IMG/VR virus record: IMGVR_UViG_3300025071_000009
DNA length: 64,000 bases
From: an uncultured virus (IMG/VR IMGVR_UViG_3300025071_000009)
Taxonomy: Duplodnaviria; Heunggongvirae; Uroviricota; Caudoviricetes
Direction: 5' to 3' (one strand)
Within the stretch, counting starts at the first letter, position 1; each line of letters opens with the position of its first letter. The notes under the pieces were generated by a model. That model saw only the letters and a list, made by a program, of their open reading frames with translations. It made no database searches and was not told the DNA's origin. Position numbers and translations under genes: made by a program. Positions 44,654 through 55,600 of the stretch are shown here, in pieces.

Positions 44654-45742
44654 TTAGTAGTCCAATCGTGTGCGGATTGTAAATTCGTTACTTGATGATT
44701 TCTTCAATGGTTCTGAAAGTTTAGCGGTTGCTAGCAATTCATTGTTGTCGTTGTAGAGACCAACTGTGGTGATATATGCAACTGGTTCGTCAGTTGCTTG
44801 GTTTTTAACTTGAATTCTCGAGCCGCTCAAGTAAGTTGGGTTCGAAGAGTAGTTGAACTCATTGTGATTTACACGACAAAAGTAAACAGTTGAGTTTAGT
44901 TCGGTTGTGTTGTTGAATTGCATATTGTACACTCTGTGTCGAAATGCATCCGATATCTGATCAATCGTTGAACCAGTCATTAGTTCGTCAATGTGAGCCA
45001 GGTTTGTCGGATCCATATCAACCCCAGGGGTTTTCAATTGAGCTCCAAAGATGGAACCAGTCAAGACCACAATTCCGGCTTGGTAAAAAATCAATCCTGC
45101 ATTCCAATACTTAACGCCGCCGATTGATGATGTGTGCGTGTTCGTTGCTGCTAAGTTTAAGAAATCAGTACCAGCTGAAGCTGTAGCGTATAGGATACCA
45201 TAATCACCGGCGGGTGAATTTACTCTGTATTCATTTGAAGCGCTAACATCAGAAATTGTAATTAAACTATTCATTGCTGAGCCATAGCCAGAATTGATTC
45301 CAAGAGTCAACTCGAAAGTCTCTTTCTTAATCTCATCTTTCGTTAGTAATCTCGAGAAAGGCATAACAATTACTTCTTGCATCTTTGCGCCGCCCGCTAA
45401 GAGATCGCCGTCTTCATCAAACTTTTGAATAGATCCGGTTGCATCGTAACCCATTAGAACTTGGGCCATTTGATTGTAGATGTTGCGCTTCTTTGTAAAT
45501 TGCGTATCAGTGGAAGCTAAGGGCCCATCAGGATGCAATCCAGCTGTAAGATCAAAAATGTGATTCGCTGAGGAGCTAAGGTATGGATAATCATAGACAG
45601 ACTCGAACATTCCGTGTGAGTATGTTTTGATGTTGTTTGTACCATATGTCCCACTAACAATCGCGCCGGTTAAAGGGATTGCTTCATGAAGAAGTGTTCT
45701 AGTATTTACTGTATCATTTTCGTTTAATGGTTTGAAAGTCAT
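44654..45742 (-). CDS. Baseplate/fibre-attachment structural protein
   Basis: NEFNYSSNPTY...YITTVGLYNDNNELLATAKLSEPLKK. Confidence 0.65.
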   Translation of the reverse strand: MTFKPLNENDTVNTRTLLHEAIPLTGAIVSGTYGTNNIKTYSHGMFESVYDYPYLSSSANHIFDLTAGLHPDGPLASTDTQFTKKRNIYNQMAQVLMGYDATGSIQKFDEDGDLLAGGAKMQEVIVMPFSRLLTKDEIKKETFELTLGINSGYGSAMNSLITISDVSASNEYRVNSPAGDYGILYATASAGTDFLNLAATNTHTSSIGGVKYWNAGLIFYQAGIVVLTGSIFGAQLKTPGVDMDPTNLAHIDELMTGSTIDQISDAFRHRVYNMQFNNTTELNSTVYFCRVNHNEFNYSSNPTYLSGSRIQVKNQATDEPVAYITTVGLYNDNNELLATAKLSEPLKKSSSNEFTIRTRLDY

Positions 45743-45760
45743 TTGTTTTCCCTTGTTATT

Positions 45761-46699
45761 CTATAATCTCAAAAATCTTACTGGGATGTCCATCATGACT
45801 CCCGTTTTGACGCCAACGACTCTGATATTAGAATCAATAAATAGAGTAACAGCGGTTCCTGCTGGTGTCTGTTGTGTGGGCATTGTTACAGTTCCGCCCA
45901 ACTGTTCAAACAAATACGAACTTGTATTTAAGTCCATTGAGGATTGTAGTCTGAATTCTAATCGAGTTCCGCGTGGCCCTTGGATTACTTCAGAAGCACT
46001 CACTGTATCGTCAGTAATATCTGTTATAAAAGTGTCGCCAAGGTCAACGGTGTAGTATGCGATGTTATCATCGTCTAAATAATCAAATGCAGCAAGTGTT
46101 CCTTGGGAATCTACTAGCTTGCAAAGTCTATTGTCCATTTGTATTGAGTAACTTGTTTCTTTTAATTCATCATCTAGGCGTCGTTTGGGAGAAATTTCAG
46201 TTGTATCTAAACCCTCGTCGACTTTGATGATCGTACCAACTAAAGATTCACCAAATAAAAATCCTTCGCGGATTGATCCATCTGCGTTTCTTCCAATGCC
46301 GGTCAATGATGTACTCGAGCCTGAATTGTCTTCGGTTTCTGCATTGACTGGTATCATGTATGCTCCATTTGAAGCTCGTTTGTTAATGCTTACTCTCTCG
46401 TTCAACCTAAGCACAGGTAAGAATAGTAATTCCATGTTGGTGTAAGTTTGAAGACGAGTTTTCATAGTTGACCCGTTATTCGTGAAAGCTTCCAAAATGG
46501 GAGCTTGGAGAATTTCTAAGTCATAATATGCAGACCCACTTGGGTGGTTCTTGTCATATAAAGAATAATCGATCTCTTCGTCACAAAGTGCAAACTTTGT
46601 AATTTGAAAGGATCCATCTCCTTTCGCTAATAACATTCGACCGTGGTCCGTCAAAACTACATCAAGAATGATGTCTCCACTGTTGTCCAAAAAGCCCAT
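45761..46699 (-). CDS. Baseplate structural protein
   Basis: LTDHGRMLLAKG...ITKFALCDEEIDY N-terminal motif. CTATTTA at 46727-46733. Confidence 0.6.
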   Translation of the reverse strand: MGFLDNSGDIILDVVLTDHGRMLLAKGDGSFQITKFALCDEEIDYSLYDKNHPSGSAYYDLEILQAPILEAFTNNGSTMKTRLQTYTNMELLFLPVLRLNERVSINKRASNGAYMIPVNAETEDNSGSSTSLTGIGRNADGSIREGFLFGESLVGTIIKVDEGLDTTEISPKRRLDDELKETSYSIQMDNRLCKLVDSQGTLAAFDYLDDDNIAYYTVDLGDTFITDITDDTVSASEVIQGPRGTRLEFRLQSSMDLNTSSYLFEQLGGTVTMPTQQTPAGTAVTLFIDSNIRVVGVKTGVMMDIPVRFLRL

Positions 46700-46741
46700 T
46701 AAATTTTCTCCTACGATTCTAAACCCTAAATAGCTTATTTA

Positions 46742-48742
46742 TTAGAATTCTTCTTCTGTTTTGTTTTTTGTTAAGTCAACGTTCAAAATAATGTCTATCA
46801 TTTTGCCCGAGGTTTTCGATTTTATTCGAATTTTGAATTTTCTGCCCCATACTGCCTTGTCTCTAATTCCAAGTTTTAAATTGTCTAAGGTGCCCACAAG
46901 AGTTGTCTTTCCAAACAATGCATCTTGGGCGGCGTCAAATAGTATGTGCTCGACCGCTGGGGTTACTCTAAGTAGTTTCCTAAATCCAAGAGCTGATTCC
47001 ATATCTCTAGGTTTTGGAAAATGATACGTGTCTGTTATGATTTCCGAATCATCTGCATCAACCAACAGTGTCGCTTCATAGACAGATGTTGGATTCGATA
47101 CTAGACCTTTTTGATTGATCGATCTGAATAAATAATAATATTTTTTATTTGGAATAACAACATCTTCAAAGATAGCATCCATGGATTTGAATGGCATGCT
47201 TATCTCTCCAATCTTCGCATTGCTAAAGTCAGAAAAGGACTTAGGTGCATAATCTAGCCTGAAGACTTCGAACAATCCTTGGTCTCCATATGTCTTAAAT
47301 CTAAAATTACCATTGAGATCTCGAGCATTTGGTAGTCTATCCAGTTCTCGTAGTTGAATATCGTCGTCGCTAGTAATCCTTATGAAGGGAGATTTCATCT
47401 CGGCTTTTGTAGGGGAGAGGTACATCGATATCGATTTGCTTGAATTGTTCTTTGTTTTAAATGATACTTGCGGATACACTGGAGGCATCTGCACAATATT
47501 TATTTTTTGAGAAAAAATGTGAAACGGCATAATAACAACACTTGGTCTATTGACAACTTCGATAATCACGTGCTCGTCTTCAGGATCTTCTGAACGTGAA
47601 AGTTCCCTGTATTCATAGTTGTTTCCTACAACCATATAGTGACCAGTTATCTTGTAGGTGTAGTACTTTCCATACTTAACTTGGGTATCCACGATTGGTG
47701 TTGAATCATTAAGTGCGGGTGCATATAGTGTTTGAATTTTTGTACTATCAAGAACAGCGCCGTCATGCTTATCAATGGAATAGCAGAACACTTCTTTGTG
47801 AGCCTCGAGGTTGTTGTAAATATCTCTATAAGTTCGAAATCCGGTGCTGGAGGTATCCTTTATGAAACCCTTCATCAAGTGCTTACGTAAACCCAAAGAC
47901 ATCCTAGAGGAGCGTATGGACTCATTCAGTGTAAAGAAATTGTCTAAGTCCAACTCCCTATCTGTTGTTAAGAATGATTGCAAGTTATATATGGGAACCG
48001 TGGAGTCCTGAGATACACTTTGGCCTTGTTGGATATCGAACGATGTATCGGTTCGATCTCCAAATAAATAATCCTGCAATAGTTCATCGAAAATCCCAAG
48101 CTTTACTGCGAAATGTGAAATACCATTATCTAATCGCTGATTGATTCTAAGATAATTATAATATGGAGACTCTTCTGTTCCTTGTTGAACTTTCATAGTC
48201 GGCACTACAAAGTTCTTCATTCGACTTCCGCGTCCGAAGTTTATAGCTCCGGTGTTTCGGCGTTGGACCTCTAAGAAATCTCGCTTCGATGGCCTGTCAA
48301 ATGGTGCATATAGATTATATTCCGATATTCCTACTTGTAGTTTGTCGTATTCTTCTGAGATATAGTTAAATATTGTTTCGAAAGAGTATGAAGCTTGGGA
48401 TTTGGAAGTTGAATATTCCTCAGTATGTGTCGAAGCTAGGTCAACCATATCCGGCATTTTGAAATAGTGATTTGATCTTGGACCACTTGAGAAGTCTGAC
48501 CTGATGCTGGAGGCGAAATTGGACATTGTTATAATTGGCTTGACTTTAATCCTTGCAACTTCATAAGACAATTCTTCGTCGTGCTTGATTTCACTATTGA
48601 GGAATTGTACATTATACTTCTTTACACCACCGGGCGCTTCAATTTTCTGCGTAGACTGGCTTGCATCAGCGACGATGAGGCCTCTACCTGAAGCTAATAA
48701 GGCGGCGTCTTTTAAATTATCAGTAACGACTACTTTGGGCAT
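46742..48742 (-). CDS. Large hypothetical (baseplate-region) protein
   Basis: 666 aa with FN3-like segments (VDTQVKYGKYYTYKI; DVVIPNKKYYYLFRS). Confidence 0.65.
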   Translation of the reverse strand: MPKVVVTDNLKDAALLASGRGLIVADASQSTQKIEAPGGVKKYNVQFLNSEIKHDEELSYEVARIKVKPIITMSNFASSIRSDFSSGPRSNHYFKMPDMVDLASTHTEEYSTSKSQASYSFETIFNYISEEYDKLQVGISEYNLYAPFDRPSKRDFLEVQRRNTGAINFGRGSRMKNFVVPTMKVQQGTEESPYYNYLRINQRLDNGISHFAVKLGIFDELLQDYLFGDRTDTSFDIQQGQSVSQDSTVPIYNLQSFLTTDRELDLDNFFTLNESIRSSRMSLGLRKHLMKGFIKDTSSTGFRTYRDIYNNLEAHKEVFCYSIDKHDGAVLDSTKIQTLYAPALNDSTPIVDTQVKYGKYYTYKITGHYMVVGNNYEYRELSRSEDPEDEHVIIEVVNRPSVVIMPFHIFSQKINIVQMPPVYPQVSFKTKNNSSKSISMYLSPTKAEMKSPFIRITSDDDIQLRELDRLPNARDLNGNFRFKTYGDQGLFEVFRLDYAPKSFSDFSNAKIGEISMPFKSMDAIFEDVVIPNKKYYYLFRSINQKGLVSNPTSVYEATLLVDADDSEIITDTYHFPKPRDMESALGFRKLLRVTPAVEHILFDAAQDALFGKTTLVGTLDNLKLGIRDKAVWGRKFKIRIKSKTSGKMIDIILNVDLTKNKTEEEF

Positions 48743-51659
48743 TCGTTGTTCCTCCAGTTGATTGTCTTCGAGATCCGACTGCTTGTCTTCGAGATCCGAC
48801 TGTTCGTGCTTGAGAATCCACTAGTTGATTTTGTCTAGAATTATTTTGCTTAACGTAATTCGATGAAGCATAGACGATGTCTTTTATCTCTGGGAGTTCC
48901 TGCTCTAGACTCAAACTCTCTTCAGTATCTAAAATAGGAGTCAGTATGCTAGCGAGTGGTTCGTTAGATATAGCAAATATTTCATTTTGAGCAAGTAGTT
49001 TCAATTCCGACGCAGGTCCAATGCCTAGTTCTGGGATTTGTGTATATCTCATTCTGCAAAGTAAGCGACTGTTTCTCTCTAGAGAAATCGGAGTAATATC
49101 TTCCCACTTTGGCTGAGATATGTCTGGGAGGCCATTTGAGTCTACTTCAAATCCGGAAAAGTATTGAACCTTCTGGGTTGCATGAAAGATCATCTCTGTT
49201 GCGATTTTTGTCTCAGCATCTTTGAGAATGTCCGATTCGGACTCTAAAATATTATTCTTCGCGCCCGTTGAGCGTGAGTTAATCAGCGCTTTAATTGAGA
49301 TAGGCATCATGGTCAACTTCTTTCGATCAAACTTGGGGGAAGACTTGAATTTTTCGAAAACATTATTCTTAGTTTGTAAATCGAAAGTGGCCTTTTCTCT
49401 CTTTACACTTAGGCCATTAGTTGTAGCTAATTTAGTCATAACCTGTTCGGTTTGTGGGCTCAAGATGGCGTCATCCAAATTCGAATCAACATTGACCATT
49501 TCGGAGTTTTGGCCGAGATATCTCGACACTTCCAAATACTCTTCTGGTTTGAGATTGTTTATTTTGAATGGAGTTCTCTTAAAGTTAAATATAGATCTTC
49601 CTAATCTCCTCTTCTTCATGACTCTTCTGTTTTTTCTTTTTGATGGTTTGGTTTGGGACTTTTCTTCTTTTCGGATCGCTGCGGAAGAGAATTGAGGATT
49701 AGATTGTTTCTCGGACATATGAGTTATGAAATTTATTGATATTCCGTTTACGTCTAGATTTTGCAAAGATGTTAAATCTTTACTTTGAGACTTGTACTTA
49801 AAGCTAAGTGGGGAAAAGAATGAGACCTTGGAAGAGCTTAAATCTTTTATCGCCATCATATCTTGCTTGTCAAGGTCCGCTAGGTCTGTTGAGGTTGTGG
49901 AGCGGTTGGTGTCGAAGAATCTACTGACTTCCAAATCTGCTCTCTTAATATATTGATCTTTTGTTAAAGATACCAATGACTTGTTTGATTGGATACCAAG
50001 AAAATCATATGAAGCGACGACGTTGTCAAACTTAACAGTATTTGAAAATACGTGCTTGATTGTTATGAATCCAGGAGGTAGGGAATTGTTTGGTCGTGCT
50101 CTATTTGTTAATCTTTCTGTCTTCTTTTGGATATCAAACCTTCTTGTTAATCTACTCGCAAGGCTTGAGTAGTCAGATATGAACCTTTCCGCTTCTTTAT
50201 TCGTGTAATTATCTGAGGTCAAAGCCGCTCTCTTATCTTTAATTAATCTGGTCTTTGTCTCATCATCGATATCCATAAGAATAGATAAATTCTGATAGTA
50301 ATTCTCAATTGATGATGAGAATATGTTCGCTACAGAGACTCCAGGTTTTAAACTATCATTGACCCTGTCGTATCGGGATTGTCTAAATAGAAACTCTCTC
50401 TGTACCTTAAGGTCTGAGATATTCGATTCCATCTGCTTCAAAAGATTTCTTAAGAATATTTGAGACTTATCGATAAATGTAATGATTGCTTCGTAACGAT
50501 ACTCTCCCCTTGTTCTCTCGGACATTTCTTCGTCGATGTATTGATAAGTTTTAATAAGTGGATCGGGAACAATATATAATTGAGACAGCCTGTCTGTTCC
50601 AATTAAGGCATTGTTGGAATTGCTGCTGACTTCAATTGTTTTATATGAACCTACGAGTGTTTGATTGTATTTTCTAGTCCCTAGGCGATTTGTTTGAGCG
50701 GTGAGTTTGACTTGTTGTCTTCTAATCTCCAATGAGTCCAATTGAATGCTTCTTGAGAATGATTCAAACAACGACTTGGAAACATTGAACATTTTTCTTC
50801 CATACTTTGTCTTTGTTAGCACCAAATTTCTAATATCAATGGAGAACATACCAATTGCGTCTGCTGCATTGTTGTAAGATAGTGATAATTCAGACAGTGT
50901 TGCTTTCTGTGTAAGATTCATTTCTGACCGCAAACTGTATGAACCCTCTCTCTTGTCGACAATCTTTGTATTGAGAACGACTTCTCTTGTGAGTCTTGGG
51001 TGGGGTTTGGATGAATGAAATGATCCAGCCATCCATCGACCGTCAGTGTGTTGGTGGACTGGTCCTGACCATAGGTTTCCACCGGGTTCTTTGTAAATAT
51101 ATGTTGATGTCTCGATTTCATTCTCTACAATTACATTATCAGAGACGATTGGACCATGATAGCTATTTAAAGGGCCGGTAAGGCTTATCCTAAGTGCTTT
51201 GGACATTTCCTCGGCGTCTATGTAGGCAAAAGCAAACAAAGTCATTGTAGAGGTGTTTACGGGCTCTAAAAAGGATATCTTCTTTTGATACCTCTTTTCC
51301 AAACTGTTAAGTCGAAAACTACCTTTCATTTCTTTTGCTGGGGTTTCGACTATTGTCGTACCAGTCATTAGAGATCCAAGTCCAGGGACTCTAGAGCGTC
51401 TTATGTTAATGGGCATGGGGTTGATCAAACCTTCTGATATTTTAGAGATTAGTTGCTCGTTTGACGTAGCAATGACTGCGACCTTTAGATAGTCAAGTAT
51501 TAGATCGTCATCTGACCATGTGAAGGCTCCACCAGACTCGACGTCCAACATCAGCAGCGATACATCCACCTTAAATGTGCTATCGTCATTATTGTATAAT
51601 AATATCTTTTCGACATAAACATTTGGAAGGTTCTCGAGACCTACAAGACTATTAGACAT
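48720..51659 (-). CDS. Large hypothetical (baseplate-region) protein
   Basis: About 980 aa. TAATG overlap start and a His-rich motif WSGPVHQH...MAGSFHSSKPH. Confidence 0.65.
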   Translation of the reverse strand: MSNSLVGLENLPNVYVEKILLYNNDDSTFKVDVSLLMLDVESGGAFTWSDDDLILDYLKVAVIATSNEQLISKISEGLINPMPINIRRSRVPGLGSLMTGTTIVETPAKEMKGSFRLNSLEKRYQKKISFLEPVNTSTMTLFAFAYIDAEEMSKALRISLTGPLNSYHGPIVSDNVIVENEIETSTYIYKEPGGNLWSGPVHQHTDGRWMAGSFHSSKPHPRLTREVVLNTKIVDKREGSYSLRSEMNLTQKATLSELSLSYNNAADAIGMFSIDIRNLVLTKTKYGRKMFNVSKSLFESFSRSIQLDSLEIRRQQVKLTAQTNRLGTRKYNQTLVGSYKTIEVSSNSNNALIGTDRLSQLYIVPDPLIKTYQYIDEEMSERTRGEYRYEAIITFIDKSQIFLRNLLKQMESNISDLKVQREFLFRQSRYDRVNDSLKPGVSVANIFSSSIENYYQNLSILMDIDDETKTRLIKDKRAALTSDNYTNKEAERFISDYSSLASRLTRRFDIQKKTERLTNRARPNNSLPPGFITIKHVFSNTVKFDNVVASYDFLGIQSNKSLVSLTKDQYIKRADLEVSRFFDTNRSTTSTDLADLDKQDMMAIKDLSSSKVSFFSPLSFKYKSQSKDLTSLQNLDVNGISINFITHMSEKQSNPQFSSAAIRKEEKSQTKPSKRKNRRVMKKRRLGRSIFNFKRTPFKINNLKPEEYLEVSRYLGQNSEMVNVDSNLDDAILSPQTEQVMTKLATTNGLSVKREKATFDLQTKNNVFEKFKSSPKFDRKKLTMMPISIKALINSRSTGAKNNILESESDILKDAETKIATEMIFHATQKVQYFSGFEVDSNGLPDISQPKWEDITPISLERNSRLLCRMRYTQIPELGIGPASELKLLAQNEIFAISNEPLASILTPILDTEESLSLEQELPEIKDIVYASSNYVKQNNSRQNQLVDSQARTVGSRRQAVGSRRQSTGGTTNAQSSRY

Positions 51660-52603
51660 TAGCAATCCTCCACGTCTGTTATGTTTGTTCTATAGATGTC
51701 AAAATCTGTACCTTCGATGTCTGGACATACAACACTAACATCGACAAGGATATCTTGCGACTTAAGATGTTGGACACCTTTGCATATTTCAGAGTCAGGT
51801 ATTTGAGAATCTAGCTCAATATTTAACCAGTATTCGACATAATCTTCTGTTAGGGAGATTGAGGCAATGTCGTCATCCATGAGCATTCCATCAATAATGG
51901 TCTTTTGCCTAGGTGCGAACTTTAATTTCTTTGGAGTTTCTTCGTTTTCTTCGTAGAGAAACACTTCCATTTCTAGGCCGTCTTTCTGCATAAATCCTTT
52001 TTCTTCCAGAATTTTGCATATAATTTGTTCATCAATTAGACTAATATATGTTCCATCTGGTTGTACCGATGAGACGGGGACGTTGGGGGAAACTTCTTGA
52101 CCTCTGACGGGAGAGTCATTTCTAGTATTCCTAATTTCCATCGTGTATTCTAGAGTCGTATTGACCTGTGGGATTCGCTTAATACTGGTTGTGTCTTGTT
52201 CGATGATGGGATCTACATTTGAAATTTCTCCGAGAATAAACGCTACATTCCAACTCGGAGCATCAATAAATGTCCCGTCAGATGTTCCCAATGGTGTTGT
52301 GAGGTGATTCATCGCAACTTGACTGTAGGGTCTAGAGGAGTCCTCGGATCTCTCAGAAGTAAAAATGAGGGACTCTGGAGATATCAGATCTCGTTGTGGT
52401 CGCAACCTAGGCGTTTCCGCCAAGATTCTGTTTTTAATATTCACTTGGTTTTCAGTATCGCCACCGAATTCAAGATCATAAATGATATCATCATCGAAAA
52501 ACGTATAGAATTTAGGCATAAGCTTCCCATTAGAGAGAAGCGAACGTCCATATGGTGTTAATTCAATTTTAAGAACATCTTCTTTCTTATTAAAAAACGT
52601 CAT
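51659..52603 (-). CDS. Baseplate structural protein
   Basis: LTPYGRSLLSNG...FFDDDIIYD, related to the N-terminus of 45761..46699. Confidence 0.6.
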   Translation of the reverse strand: MTFFNKKEDVLKIELTPYGRSLLSNGKLMPKFYTFFDDDIIYDLEFGGDTENQVNIKNRILAETPRLRPQRDLISPESLIFTSERSEDSSRPYSQVAMNHLTTPLGTSDGTFIDAPSWNVAFILGEISNVDPIIEQDTTSIKRIPQVNTTLEYTMEIRNTRNDSPVRGQEVSPNVPVSSVQPDGTYISLIDEQIICKILEEKGFMQKDGLEMEVFLYEENEETPKKLKFAPRQKTIIDGMLMDDDIASISLTEDYVEYWLNIELDSQIPDSEICKGVQHLKSQDILVDVSVVCPDIEGTDFDIYRTNITDVEDC

Positions 52604-52607
52604 TCAT

Positions 52608-55600
52608 TTATCCCTTTCCTCTCGCCTTGTTAATTGATGAAGGCTTACGAGCTTTTTTGGACTCTACCTTCTTGATCGACTTCTGTCCTTTATCGTCGTT
52701 TTCAATATTTGCAAACGAGATCTCGGCGTCAATCTTAACTAGTTCTACGAGTGAAAAGAAATCATATGGCCAATTGTATGTAATATCTTTGTCTTTCTTA
52801 CCTGTAACGGCATTTGTAACACCTACAAGTTCCACACCAGAGGTATCATCCGTTGTTCCTTTCTTGGCTACAACCTTGTCAAAATAGTTTGTTTTTGCTC
52901 TCTTTTTGACTTTGAATATCATCCATTGAATGTTAGATGGAATACCTTTTCCCTCAGCGTTCTCATCGAGAGTGTTGTTTTTCACAACTGCCCCGTCACC
53001 TAAGAGCTCTGCAGACAATAGCTCATGCGATATTGATACCTCTGATTCTTCCATTTTTGTTCCAATTTCTGGTGATAGGTTTTGCCAAATATCCGCAAGG
53101 TCTTGTTTTGAGAGAGTGTGTTTGAATTCGAAAATATACATTGCGAATGGATCAATTTCCTCATATCTTACGAAATCCATTGAAGGCGGAAATACATATT
53201 TCTGCATCTTTTTGACCATTTGGTAGACTGTATCCCCAGCCTTTGGTGGACCACCAGCGGGGAATTGACCGCCGATCTCACGACGGGATGCGTCTATGCA
53301 CGAATCAATGTCTGCTCTAGGTATAGAAAAGAACTTTCGAGTTGCAGATTGTCCAACAAATGGAACAGCCACGACACATTCTGATATTTCTTTTTGAGAA
53401 GCAATCTCTCCAAGTCTTACTGGTTCTTTTGAAAAACCAACAAGATCTGCTAAGGATGCGATGTTTCTTTGTGTTGATTTGATCCCTAGTGCTCCCTTGA
53501 GCCATGTTCTGGGGATTTCACCAACCTGCAAGAATACTCCAATTTTTGGGTCTGCAGGTATTTCTCCATACTGATGCCACATACCGCGTGGTACAGACTC
53601 TGCTGCATATAGAGGTTTTTTCACACCTTCTCCATCCATGTCTTCATATTTTTTAAAGTTAAGTATTGGAGTCTCAAACTTGGATTGGATTATCCATCGT
53701 GTCTTTCCACGGATCGTATCTGCTGAGGCAACTTCGGATGTTTGACCAGTTTCTTTATTGAAAACTTCCCTAACAGTTCCTTTTCCGAAAAGGTTCACAC
53801 TTGAATTAAGCTGCATTGCGTTTTCGTTTACATAATATGGATGCTGGATTAAATATTTGGTTTCGAGGGCTTCAGTGGTGTTGGGTGGTCGCAACCATCT
53901 TAGGGTTGGAACGGCTGGGTTATTTTTTGTCCCATTTGCGAAGCTGTTAGTTCCGAGGTCGCTACCCCAACCAGCATAATTGTATTGGCCGTTTTGATAG
54001 ACCGGAGTGTACATTTCAATATCTCCACCATTCTCCTTGATTAAATTATGCCATGGGCCATTTGCATATTTACTATATGAACCAGTATATACTGGGCTGG
54101 TGGCGCCTGTGGCGGATCCAGAATAGCCAGTCAAATCTCTTACGGCATCGCCCGTTCCATTCCACCAATGTCTTGTGTAATATGGAAAATTAGAAGCAGA
54201 AATCATTATCTCATCTAATGTATATTTTCTTGTCTCTGTCGCTTCGAATATCAAATCGCACCAAGACTCTCCATGGTAGTAGGGTGGAGTATAAGGATAA
54301 TTTAATCCCCACCATGAACCACATTCACGAAATTCTATTCCTCTATATTCTCCCCATCCATTTCCACCATAAGTGGGTGGACCAAAGGCTGTGGGTCTAG
54401 AATACATAGTCAGAGATTCTTTTGTAGAAAATCTTGCCTTAATGTTGGTGGATGCTAATATATCGACATTCTTACCGGTTGCTGGAACAAGGTTCCTATC
54501 TTGGTATGTAACAATATCTTGAGGGGGATCAACCAACGTTCCATAAAATCCGCCGATGGAGACATTATCAGCGACCCTACTTCTCTTCATCTTTATTCTC
54601 ATGGTGTAATAGTTTCCGGAAACAGCGTTTCCAAAATTTGGATCTTGATCTTCTAAGGAAGTTATAGTTTTCATATTTTGATTAGAGATAAAGAATTCTG
54701 GTATTTCAGCCAAAATGTTATTAGCCATTTTCCCATAGAGAGTGTCGCCACCGCCGGTCCATTTAGATTTCAGCTCAAGTGGGTGGGGCATACTACCAGT
54801 ATAAGGAAGTCCGAATGGGTGTGGTTCCTGCAGGATCATTTCTAAATTAGCAATATAGGACTCAGGATCCGCCAAGGCCTCAAAAGGGATCCTCTTTGAA
54901 TATGCAGAATTAAGATCAAGAAGTGTGCCGGCTCTATCTGATCCTAACCAATAATAATTCTGAAATGGTCCGGACTCAACCATTTTAGGGTCTTGACCCG
55001 CGGCGTCCCATTGGCCGTTGTTATTATTGTTACTTGAAGATGCGACGAACGGAAAATCTTCAGGAGTAAAAATTGGAAAATCAACGGCGACACCAGATTT
55101 GATTGTATTAAACAGGATTCCTGGTGCGAATAATGGCTCTAGAATAGGCATTATCGACATTCCACCCGTCAGCGGATTAGATTCTTCACCCACCTGCACG
55201 GCTCTTATATAATCTTTGTAGCTAGAGGCAAATTGTTTGGCCATCTCTACTGTTCTTTCTGCTGGGAAGAAGCCTTCGTAAGGTAAGAATTTCTTAATTG
55301 CTTTACACTTGAGCGTCAATATTTTCTCATCTGCGAAACCTTTATGGTCCTTTTTTATTAAATCAAAATGCTTCAAAAAGTCAGAGTTCGATAATACTTT
55401 ATAGAAATCAGATTTATTCTCCGTTGTAGTGTTCTCACTTAGTCCACCAGACAATTCAAAAATAGACTTGAGCTCTTGGGTCACACCATTTTTTTCGAAT
55501 GCTGCAACATGATTGCTTATTTTAAATTCTGGTATGATAGAGTATCCTTTTCCAGAGTTCTTTACTTCTTGAGCAAAATCTAGATAAGAATCATAAAACG

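Noticed and set aside
48762..48802. 20-nt direct repeat (VGSRRQ x2) near the end of the 980-aa gene
   Set aside because: A simple in-frame 21-nt duplication in a disordered tail, with no sign of wider function.
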